Below are positions 50,766-61,090 of a DNA stretch of 64,000 nt, in pieces. A model generated the notes under the pieces. It was given only the letters and a program-made list of their open reading frames with translations, did no database searches and was not told where the DNA came from. Origin of the DNA: Asterias rubens (Eukaryota). Every line of letters begins with the position of its first letter. Position 1 is the first letter of the stretch. The DNA lies in assembly GCF_902459465.1 (NCBI RefSeq), contig NC_047077.1, positions 12,028,001 through 12,092,000 of the forward strand, given 5' to 3'. The translations under genes were made by a program, and so were the position numbers.

Positions 50766-51015
50766 TCATGCGAGACTTAACAACATTTCGCCCTCGAAGT
50801 TACCAAACGAGTTACTCTTTGTAGCATTGATGACGTAATCGATGACGTCATAAATGACGAGGGGTACACTTGGCGATGACGTAGTGGTTTCCGATGTGGT
50901 GACAACCGTCTCGTTATAACCGGTCGGTAGGGTGTTATTCAGTTTTGGTAATTTGACGTATAACTTGAACTCTATACTGGGTCTCATCGTGGATGGACCG
51001 TCCAACGTCCACTGC
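50766..51015 (-). CDS. Type II membrane SEA-domain protein, last coding exon
   Basis: tctttttccaaacag|G CAG TGG, phase 2. Encodes QWTLDGPSTMRPSIEFKLYV...NSFGNFEGEMLLSLA*, with sequons NNT, NET and NAT. The stop TGA overlaps AATAAA. Confidence 0.8.
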
Positions 51016-51614
51016 CTGTTTGGAAAAAGATAAATACAAATTTTTCATTAATCATACAGCATAACTATAACCTTGTCAAGTTTTAGAAGTGTCTTGGGGT
51101 ATCATGGCCGAGTGGTTTAGAGCATCGAATTAAGCTCTGGGCCAAATTTCATAAAACTGTTAAGCAGAAAAAATACTGCTGTACCATTTTTTTTTTTTTT
51201 TAGCAGAAATTGAGTGGGACACCAGGCACAACAATGTCAATTTAATTTAACTTTGGATTGTAACCTGTATCCTGCTGAGCAATAATTTTCTGTGCTAAAC
51301 AGGCTTTATGAAATAGGGCCCTGGTTAATATTAATCGCCAATATAACATGCAGGTACATCCATGTGTTCTGTACATACACATGTGGACACTGCTTGCAGA
51401 CGACCGAAAGCTAGTTTTTTTTTCAACATGTGCTTTAATTGTTGTCGGCTGCACACCACACCACCTCCGCCCAATCAAAACACAGCCATGTAAAGCTTAT
51501 GTCGCTTCACGTAATTTCCAAAGAAATCATTATATCAAATTATATCACTGGTTCTGAAAACTATAGTATATACCTGTCTTTATCCTTGTGGATGGAGGCA
51601 GGGGACCAGTCTAT

Positions 51615-51861
51615 AGTGACTTCATTGCCAGTCCATAATACAAGCAAACAAGTCCAGTGACTTCATTGCCAGTCCATAACACAAGCAAACAAGTCCAGTG
51701 ACTTCATTGCCAGTCCATAACACAAGCAAACAAGTCTAGTGACTTCATTGCCAGTCCATAACACAGGCAAACAAGTCTAGTGACTTCATTGCCAGTCCAT
51801 AACACAAACCACAAGCAAACAAGTCTAGTGACTTAATTGCCAGTCCAACACAAGCAAACAA
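51615..51861. repeat. Minisatellite, 41-bp unit, ~6 copies (intronic)
   Basis: agtgacttcattgccagtccataacacaagcaaacaagtc(c/t) starts at 51615, 51656, 51697 and onward. Confidence 0.95.
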
Positions 51862-51898
51862 GACACAACTAATTAAGAGCTTTATTGATAAGACTTAC

Positions 51899-51969
51899 CC
51901 TATATCTGAGATAGTGGTCTTATTATAGTAGTCTTTGAAATCCAAGCTGATTTCAAACGTATCATTCAT
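51899..51969 (-). CDS. SEA-domain protein, internal exon (MNDTFEISLDFKDYYNKTTISDI+GG)
   Basis: ttttgtgttctccacag|ATG ... ATA GG|gtaagt. Phases 0/2 fit both neighbouring exons. Confidence 0.85.
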
Positions 51970-52803
51970 CTGTGGAGAACACAAAATATTTTGTCACGCT
52001 AAATTATAGTAAAAAAGCAGATTTAACTTCGACCAAAATAGAATCAAGCCTTTAGCCCTTTCTTTGGGTGTGGTGGATACCGTATAGTCCAATGCACTGT
52101 CTGCCTTGTGGGTATAAAGACACCCCACCAAAACCAACGCCTGTCAGATATACCATTAATAAATAAATAGAGTGAAGCAGCCGTTTTCACGAATTGTACG
52201 CAACTGCGTAAGTCCACTTGTGCAACGTTAATGGCGACAAAAAAATCGGCTGCTGAAGCGTGAAGCTATCTTGTAATTGGTGCAGGATTTGGATCAATTT
52301 TACAATCTCTTTCCCTCAGTTGGTCTGTAGCTAGCCTTTGTCTGTTCTACATAATTCTCATGGTAATTGTGGCATCAGTGTGTCCGACCTGGTTTCTGAG
52401 AATGTAGAGTCATTCCAATAGCTTTTGTTCAATGTTTAATCTTTTTGGAGCTCCTTGCCTGGTGCATGGTGTTTTTCCGTTCACTATTCTCTTGCAACCG
52501 GCCTTGATGACCAACATTGAGTTCAAATGTTCACAGATTCGTCTTGTTATGGATATGTGTATGTTGGGATACACCAAGTGATAATAATGGCATGTACTGG
52601 TCTATGAGACATACCAAATGTGTCCACCCGTCGATTTCACCAAACTCCTTCTAAACTACGAACTAATCTTACTAGACTTAAGTTCCGTATCCAAAGACGT
52701 TAGGACGCATTTTAACCCTTCTTAAGTTAGGACGGGTTATCCTCGAGATAGGATTAATCCTACAGCGTTTCGTGAAATCGGTTGGAGTGCCTTTAAGACT
52801 TAC

Positions 52804-52907
52804 CGTTTGAATAAAAAGTCCTGAGAGTCGGTGATACTCTGACGAGTCCTTATCGCTGTACGTGTTGTTGTCGAGCATGTTGGTGATGTTAAACTCGCCA
52901 TGTAGTT
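52804..52907 (-). CDS. SEA-domain protein, first SEA exon (E-LHGEFNITNMLDNNTYSDKDSSEYHRLSGLFIQT)
   Basis: ctaac..tttcctttgtccgtttcacag|AA ... CAA ACG|gtaagt. Phases 1/0. The sequence fits the SEA N-terminal pattern (G-x-F-x-I-T-N ... D-x-x-S-x-E-Y-x-x-L). Confidence 0.85.
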
Positions 52908-53178
52908 CTGTGAAACGGACAAAGGAAAATCAGAAAACTGTTAGTTGGTGAGACTCTGACGAGTCCTTATCGCTGTACGTGTTGTTGTCGAGCATGTTGG
53001 TGATGTTAAACTCGCCATGTAGTTCTGTGAAACGGACAAAGGAAAATCAGAAAACTGTTAGTTGGTGAGACTCTGACGAGTCCTTATCGCTGTACGTGTT
53101 GTTGTCGAGCATGTTGGTGATGTTAAACTCGCCATGTAGTTCTGTGAAACGGACAAAGGAAAATCAAAAACTGTTAGT
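52836..53178. repeat. 117-bp tandem repeat x3 containing branch point, 3' splice site and the 5' ~70 nt of the SEA exon
   Basis: actctgacgag recurs at 52836, 52953 and 53070. Confidence 0.95.
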
Positions 53179-53249
53179 ATTGGGAATTTTTTTGTCTAGA
53201 CTAGATTACTTGAATTCGCTTTGAAAAAGAATCACAAAGAAATACGTAA

Positions 53250-53350
53250 ACCGTCTCAAGAAAATTCAGAATAAAGCAGCCAGACTCATCTCCAAGGCAG
53301 GTCGTCATGACAACATCCCAACAACACTTGGCTTCACTGGCTGCCTATCA
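53250..53350 (+). mobile_element. L2-type RT C-terminal fragment
   Basis: RLKKIQNKAARLISKAGRHDNI...LHWLP (with a frameshift). Confidence 0.7.
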
Positions 53351-53574
53351 CAAACAGCCCCATAAAGAAAAAAGAAGAACAAAAACAAAAAACTGATTCA
53401 ATATAAAATAATTATGTTATTTTTGCATTAGGATAAAGAATGCATTTTGTTCTTACCCTTTCACCGATTTTTTAAATACTTTTTGGCGCGTTCTGTAAAA
53501 CAAATCTTTGCTAATTGTATTGTTTTTGTTTATAGCTAGTTGTCGTTGCTGCTGCATCTGTTGTTCTAGCAATA

Positions 53575-53647
53575 CGACAATGTTGCTGTTGTTGTTTTTG
53601 TTATTATTAATGCTATTGTTGTTGGTGTTGTTTTTGCTGTTTTCTGC

Positions 53648-53686
<39 letters not shown>

Positions 53687-53700
53687 CGTTGTTGTTGTTC
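53575..53700. repeat. (GTT)n microsatellite
   Basis: Long gtt/gct run, pure from ~53648 to ~53698. Confidence 0.95.
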
Positions 53701-54133
53701 CTGTGTTTATTGTTCTAATTTTACATACCCTTTAAGTTGGGATCACTCAACACTTCGTCTTCCCCTGTGTGTAAAAAGAAAAAGGAACAGTTAAGTCAAA
53801 ATGTAAACTTCATAACTTTATGAAGGTATGAGGGATGACATTTTATATACAATGACACAGTTAAACCCCATGGTTCGGGTTCGTGGGGTCCTGCTTTTGT
53901 TATAAAATTCCATGATCAAATTCGTTCAGCTGAGTATTAATTGAAGTTTACAATGAAAAACCTCACAACTTTCTTTTCAATGGTTGATTGCTGATGATAA
54001 ACTGTCTTTATATTAGTAGCGCATTTATGTACATCAAAAACTGGGGTGTGACACGATTGTTTCTTACAGACAAAAATATACCGCATACACATACCAAAAA
54101 AGGAATCAAAATTTCAGTGTTATTTTCAGCGCT

Positions 54134-54174
<41 letters not shown>

Positions 54175-54345
54175 TACCAGAGCTTTGAAAGATTTATCAC
54201 TATTATTATTATTATTATTTATTTAATTTAACCCTATGGTATCAAAGCTGATTCTCTGTAAGTAATATTTAGTAATCCAACAAAGTGTAAAATGGGATCA
54301 GCAAAAAGGGCAAAAAATACCCAAAACTATTGTTTGTTACAATAC

Positions 54346-55003
54346 CTTGCAGTATGACCATCCCAATGACCACAAAGACAACGATGATTGACGTACTCAT
54401 GATGACCAGCATCGCCTTACAATGCACCGATGAGATGGCTCTATTATGGCCACCAGCTACGGGTCGTATGTACTCCGCTGGCTCCACATCATTCTTGAAT
54501 CTTGGAGGCTGGGAGGAACCACCTTTCTTCTTGATGGTGACTGGGTCCTCATCGGGGCTGGCGCTCCGGACACTCAGTGACTGCATGGACGAGGCTGGGG
54601 ACGGGACCAGGGGAGGTTTCTCTGAGGTCAGGGGAGGTTTCTCTTGGGCCAGGGGAGGTTTATCCGGGGCGGCTTCTTTCTCATTTTCGTTTGCGTCAAC
54701 TTCAGCGACATCAGCGTTTTCGGGAGGTTGAGGGGTGACTATGATAGTACGGGTGGCTGGTATGGGATCCTCCGCGCCGTCTTCGGGGCTGTTTTCCACG
54801 GGCGGTGTTTCCTCCTCGATGCTCGGTGAACCCCGTACCTTTTCTTCTTCGGGAGTGTCTTTTGGGTCGTCGTTTTCGATGGAGATTTCTTCACCGAGTT
54901 CGATCTCTTCTGTTATTTCTGATTGTCCGTTGATGGACGGTGAGGGAGGTATTTCGGGGCTGGTGGGCTGGGGGATTTCCTCCAGTGCGATGTAGTCATG
55001 TTG
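54346..55003 (-). CDS. SEA-domain protein, large exon: acidic Pro-rich cytoplasmic region plus transmembrane helix
   Basis: tcatttcgatttcag|CAA CAT ... CTG CAA G|gtattg. Encodes 219 aa ending in hydrophobic AMLVIMSTSIIVVFVVIGMVIL. Phase 1 joins the exon at 52907. Confidence 0.88.
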
Positions 55004-56927
55004 CTGAAATCGAAATGAATACGACACTTTGATTTATTTGATTAAAGACACTTGACACTACTGGCAATTGTCAAATACTAGTTTCGTGCTTTCAGATGCT
55101 TGATTTCAAGACCTCAAAATCTAATTCTGAGGTCTCGAAATCAAATGTGTGGAAAATTACTTCTTTCTCGAAAACTACGTTACTTCAGAAGGAGCCGTCT
55201 TTATACTACTTTTATACTACTAACCTCTCTCCATTACTCGTTACCAAGTCAGGTTTTATGCTAATACCTATTTTGAGTAATGAATACCAACAGTGTCCAT
55301 TGTCTGCACTTTAAATAAATACATGAATTTAACATGTTATCTCCATCGATAATATTGTGTTTTGTATTTTTGATTGGTCGGTTTTCCTAGTATTGTCCTA
55401 CCCGCCATCCCCTTTGTTTCTCATTATCACGGCATTCTCGGTATTTACGTTGTGTGGGGTTTTGGAATGCCAGGTATGCATCGGGTGGTAACATGATGGG
55501 CGCTGGCTGCTTAGCAGTTTCGTGTTGCGGGGACCTCTCGGTCATTCATGTTCCAGTTTCCGTTCAGTTCAGTTCGAGCTTTTTAGGGGTGCTGTTCCTG
55601 TTAATTTTTCGTGGTCCACTCCCGTGAGTAATATTGTCTTGTTAAACAGTGTTAGTTATAATGATAAGACTTTCCTTATGTAACCTTATCTTTATTTGGT
55701 AAATTCGGCACGGCACCGTTTTCTTTACGTCTTTGTTATTTTAATCACTGTTGATTTTATTTATTTATTTTAAATCTTGAAACATACACAATAGTTACAA
55801 GTTGTAATGGTGCTGTCAAGGTTAAAACAAAAGTATACAAACTATCATCAAAAGATGTGTAAAACCAGACCCCTGCCAACGACAAAATATAATTATACAA
55901 TAAAAAAAGGAGATGAGGCAACTCCCTCGCTCGGTCCCCTATACGGCTCGCGGCTTCTGGAGTTAGTCTATCGTATGATTCATTTTACTGCTAATTATTA
56001 TCTTCAGTATATATTATAATGCTTAGAATAGTTGTTAGTATGTAATTTCTCGTTGCTTCGTGTTATATTCACTGCTGGTTTATGTATACTGTCTATGCCG
56101 CAGTAAATCACAGAGTGATGCCCTTGTTTATTGATGGAGTGAAAAGTTCCCCCGGCAACGATTGTAAGTTTATTATACTAGCAAACTCGTTGTTGGGATT
56201 TAAATACTGGATTTAAGTGTTCAATGTTTAGGTCTCAACTAACTGCAATGGTCAATACATATTTTATCAATGAGTCAAAACACATAGTTAGTATTAACAA
56301 CACTTTAATTGGTCATTGCAAACGAATAGTTAGTCCAGAACTTTTTCAAATAAGTCAAAATTTCTTTAATTTTCAATAGCATGCCGTGTATACATGCGAC
56401 ATAACAATCATGTTTAAATGGTTTGGGTACTTTCTGCAGAACACACAACACAATGTCCACAGATTTATAGCAGACTCACACAGCTTGAACATAATGATGG
56501 TAGAAAGCTTCCATGAAAATATAAAGTGCTGATGTGCTTTAGTTTTTGAGAAATTAGTAAAACAAGTCATAGACAATAATTCTTGTCTCCAAAGATGAAC
56601 CTTTTTTTAGTATGTAAAACGTATTTTCGTGAAATGTTACACTCTTTCGGTCAGAATTGACCCGGATTTCGGTTTTCGGGTACAATAGGACCTGACCATT
56701 ACTGGGTCAGATTAACCACGAAAGTCTGAGCCACAGATTCAGGATTATTGTCTTGCCCCGAGAACTTAATAGGCCTCTCGCCTTTGTAGATAGCGCCCTC
56801 AAGTGTTCATTATTTTTACTCGCATCTATCATTTTCCCGTTATAAAGCCTTCGTCTAATTCTGCAGTTTTGAGCCCCAAGATCCTTGTTTTTTCCCTTGG
56901 ATCAAGCACAATCTGTTCACTCTTCTG

Positions 56928-57088
56928 AGTCGAGTACGTGACGAAATTAGTCAGAGGCTAAACACTATTCCACTGTCAGACTGTCACTTGTTCATTACAG
57001 TTTCACACTGGTTCCAATAAAGAAACAAATAACAGTCTGACAGTGGAATAGTGTTTAGCCTCTGACTAATTTCGTCACGTACTCGACT
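56928..57088. mobile_element. Foldback MITE with perfect 57-bp arms
   Basis: 56928-56984 is the exact reverse complement of 57032-57088, with a 47-bp spacer. Confidence 0.9.
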
Positions 57089-57090
57089 TA

Positions 57091-58287
57091 GGGTACGTTC
57101 AGACGTGGGGTTAAACTAGTCCTTAATCCGAGCACCGCGGGTGTCCAAAAGATAAACATGACTTAGTCCAAAATTGGCTTGCGTTCACACAGTGAGTTTA
57201 TTCTGGTCAAGCGGACTAAACTAGCCCACGATGTTGATTATTGGGTCATGCATCGGCGAACCTTACCATTGCTGGTTCCGGTTTGTTACATTGTCCATGC
57301 GTTTTCCACAGGGTTTCGATCCGCTATCGTTTCTACGAACCTCATGGTCATTATGTATTCCATCATTAAAGACGGCAAAATCACTTCATATCCTTGCTTG
57401 GCCCCAGCACAAACGCAATTCTATTGTGCCCGCTGAAGTTTCCGTTCCGCACTGCCCTCGATGAACGAAACATTTACACGTTGTTGTTGAAAGCTTCAAA
57501 TTATTTTCGAGTGTGAACTTTTGTAAATATATCACAACTTGGTCATTAAGAAGTCGTAGCCTACACACATTCTCATGTTACGTTAAAAATTGTTTTTCAA
57601 TTCAACATTAGTCTGCTACTCGTATAACTGTTACGTAAAGTTGTTGAGGGCAGGAACCAGATACAACCTAGTTTTCGAACCCAAACTTTGGTCTTAATTG
57701 TCGATCTCGTGTGTGTAGCTTAGCTGTGATTAGATGCCACTTTCTTCAAAGCAAAACCCGTTCGTTATCATAAAGTAGCGTTGCACACAGAAGAAGTGAA
57801 TTTAAAAACTAAATAGTGCTACTAAAAATGAGAATTTGTTTTCGTGCGACGTCCATTTCAAACATTTTCGGCGAAGGGGAATACCGGGGCCCCAACACTT
57901 AATGGTAACATAAAGGGAAGGCAGCGGAGAGACGCAAGGAGATATTATATAGCTCCATGGATTCATGAAGACACCACCCAATACTCGCTGCCGATCCATC
58001 CATACACGTGGAATGACGTCACCTTTGTTGCCGCGGTCATTTGGGCTAAAATAGACCGGAAGTAGCAGGTCAGTTGCGTTCCAACGATGGTTTACTGGGC
58101 CTCGCAGCGGGGGGTTGGTCGTAAAACCTGGGCTAAGTTAGTCTAGTCCACCAATTTTTTTGGTTTAGTTTAGCCCAGCTCAGTGGGTCAAACTAACCCT
58201 CGCGGACCAGAATATTGCGTTCACACGCAGGGTTAGTTTAGCACTTTTGGATTAAGGACTAGTTTAACCCCACGTCTGAACGTACCC
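57091..58287. mobile_element. Non-autonomous PIF/Harbinger-type DNA transposon (1197 bp)
   Basis: Perfect 39-bp TIRs gggtacgttcagacgtggggttaaactagtccttaatcc; TTA target duplication at 57088-57090 and 58288-58290; no transposase ORF. Confidence 0.88.
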
Positions 58288-58907
58288 TTAGTGAGGTCAG
58301 AAGAATTATACTCACCCGGGATTGTAAAGAGAGTGTTGATAAAGGTCAAATCAAGTCCCTTCTTGTCAACGGTATCATCTCTGAAAGAAATTTCCCCATG
58401 AGGCCGAGTTTCGTTTCCGAATTCTATTCAATTAAGTTCAACTCAATTCAATTTATCATAAACACCACGTTAAAAACAAAAGAATTCTACCAGTGTGAAA
58501 TCACAGTTTTTTTTAAATAAATAGAAAGTAAATGTATAAAAATATTAACGAGACAGAAATACACAGAGACGTAGACGTAGACGTACAACCATCCAACAAA
58601 ATACAAGGGAGAAACAAAACAAAAATCCCCAAACCCCAAACCACTATAGATGAACAATAATAACAGGAGATGTACATCATTAATTAGTGATAACCAATCT
58701 GTATAATACACGCTTAGTCTTTCCCTAATGTTGTACATATCCCATACTCGTCTACACATAATTATCCGGGCTCTTGTTCTACGTTATTTACGCAATTAAA
58801 CAACCTCTGTTGGAGAGGGCGCACTGGAATATACGATAACAAATATTTGCATAAAATGTTCAATTGGCAATACGAGTGTCTGTATAAGGCAGACGCCTCT
58901 AATGTCA

Positions 58908-59086
58908 CCAGGGGTGGATTTCACAAAGGTAGTCCTAACTTAGGACTAGTCCTAGGCAATGCTAAGAGATAGGACTGGTCCTAAGTTAGGACCAGTAACT
59001 CATCCTAACTTAGGACTGGTCCTATCTCTTAGCATTGCCTAGGACTAGTCCTAAGTTAGGACTACCTTTGTGAAATCCACCCCTGG
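58908..59086. mobile_element. Near-perfect palindromic MITE
   Basis: ccaggggtggatttcacaaagg ... cctttgtgaaatccacccctgg; arms of ~80 bp with very few mismatches. Relative at ~40862-40950. Confidence 0.85.
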
Positions 59087-59555
59087 GCACATGTAGATCC
59101 ACAACCTTCGGTTGGCAACACTCGGGCTTTAATGTTGGAACAGACATGTCTATAGGGGAAAATTTTTGTATGATGGAGTGATGAAGCAGTTACATTGAAA
59201 GCTTATTGATTATGACATTCAAAGAAACCTTTTTGTGTGAAATATTTCTCTTATCTGAAATGAAGTCATATCCGAGAACACTTCTTAAAAAACATCAAAA
59301 AGACAATGTGTTAATTAACATGCTGACAATTTTGCGTGGTTTTGCACCATTTCTCCTGATTTAGGGAAACAATTGGGCCTAAATTAATTGTCTCTGAATT
59401 GTTTTTGTTTTTTATGTGAATGGATGGTTATAACAAGAAAATAAACACTGTCTGTGACTATTGTTTTTGGAATACAATCCAATTAAATATTCAATTCAAT
59501 TCCATTTAATTCAATTCAATTCAATTCACTTTTTTGTTCATGTGACAATGACAAA

Positions 59556-59942
59556 TTAAAGGCAGTGGACACTATTGGTAATTACTCAAAATAATTATTA
59601 GCATAAAACCTTACTTGGTAACGAGTAATGGGGAGAGTTTGGTAGTATAAAACATTGTGAGAAATGGCTCCCTCTGAAGTGGAGTAGTTTTCGAGAAAGA
59701 AGTAATTTTCCACGAATTCGATTTCGAGACCTCTTGTTTAGAATTTGAGGTCCCGAAATCAAGCATCTGAAAGCACACAACGTCGTGTGACAAGGGTGTT
59801 TTTTTCTTTCATAGTTATCTCGCAACTCCGACGACCAATCGAGCTCAAATTTTCACAGGTTTTTAAATTTATGCAAATGTTGAGATACACCAAGTGAAAA
59901 GACTGGTCTTTGACAATTACCAATAGTGTCCACTGGCTTTAA
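59556..59942. mobile_element. MITE family A
   Basis: TTAA-bounded TIRs. Confidence 0.88.
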
Positions 59943-60899
59943 ACATACAGTTGAAAAAACAACAATGAGTATGATAAGATGGATACAGCTAATTTTAACA
60001 ATAAAATTTATAGAAATTTTAAAGATAATATCGAGTGTAATTAACATGCTGGTCAACATGCAGTGAAAGACAAGGACTAAATGGAAAGAATAAATATTCA
60101 GACAAAATAATGTTCCTCGTTTGACATAATTATTTGCTCGTTCCTTTACACACGAGACTTGCACAGTCTATATATTGCAGCTAAATAAATAACCTATAGG
60201 GTTTTAATGAATGAGGGAAATAGGAGTATATTTTAAACTGAAATGACATGTTTCTGAAATTGACTGGAAAAAATATATATTATTTCCCCCACCCAAAATT
60301 TAGGGAAGAGCAGAACTAAAATCGATATATCCACGTAGCACACCAATCACCAAGTAGAGACCCGTGACAAAGTGGTAAATATTTACGCATTACCATGGTT
60401 ACCAAGCAGCGTTATAAAGCAGAGGGTTCAGGGCTATATTGACGTCATGATATCCATTATTTTGTGGTGATAAAAAAAATCCTTCACTAAAATTATTGAC
60501 TGAATACAAAAGAGGCGTTTTTTTTATATCTCGTTTAAGACAAAAGAGGTTAGCATGACACACTAGATCCATCAACAACAAAAACAGAAGGTATAAATGA
60601 AAAAAATGAAAAAGGTGTTGTCTACGAAGTGCCAGATTCTTTGCATTTTCTTAGGACCGTTTCCATACAAAATTAATACAACATTGCCACTGTACGTTTT
60701 CACAATAAAATGTATTAAAGGGAAACTTACATCTCAAAGTTTGTGTAGCTCTTAGTGTTGCTGTTTTTGCTTTTGTGTGGTAAGTATTTTACGTTAAACA
60801 TTAAAACGAAATTAACATCCTACATTTTTTATCAACATTTAATATCTAAACATGACGTAACGTCTCAAAGCTTAGTATACCGGTACCCGCAGCCAAAAC

Positions 60900-61090
60900 A
60901 TAGGATTCGAACCGTCTGTAGCTTTCTCGGTAGTCTAGTTGGTAAGACACTGCTCTAGAATTGCAAGGGTCGTGGGTTCGAACGCCTCTCCAGTAATAAT
61001 GCCTGTGATATTTTTTTTCACAGGACTCGGGAAAGTACTGAGTATACACTGCTAACACACATGGGCGTATGGGTAAAAACCAAAATTAAT
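60900..61090 (+). mobile_element. tRNA-derived SINE with an opposed B-box remnant upstream
   Basis: ctcggtagtctagttggtaagacactgctctagaattgcaagggtcgtgggttcgaa plus family tail; ggattcgaacc at ~60904. Confidence 0.75.

Noticed and set aside
52836-53178. CRISPR-like array
   Set aside because: Units are contiguous with no unique spacers, the context is eukaryotic and intronic, and no cas genes are present. The same applies to the 41-bp repeat at 51615-51861.
53508-53735. Poly-Val membrane protein
   Set aside because: Translation of the (GTT)n microsatellite.
54269-54345. Second hydrophobic segment at the end of the 252-aa ORF
   Set aside because: Read-through past the donor at 54345. The spliced continuation into the SEA exon fits phase and domain pattern better.
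54971-54980. Perfect NF-kB site GGGGATTTCC
   Set aside because: It lies inside a coding exon (EEIPQ codons). No convincing kB site was seen near the lectin start exons.
57267-57269. ATG|gtaagg as the first exon of the SEA gene
   Set aside because: It lies inside the young Harbinger-type insertion and has no clear acceptor. The exon at 63810-63854 has better splice sites.
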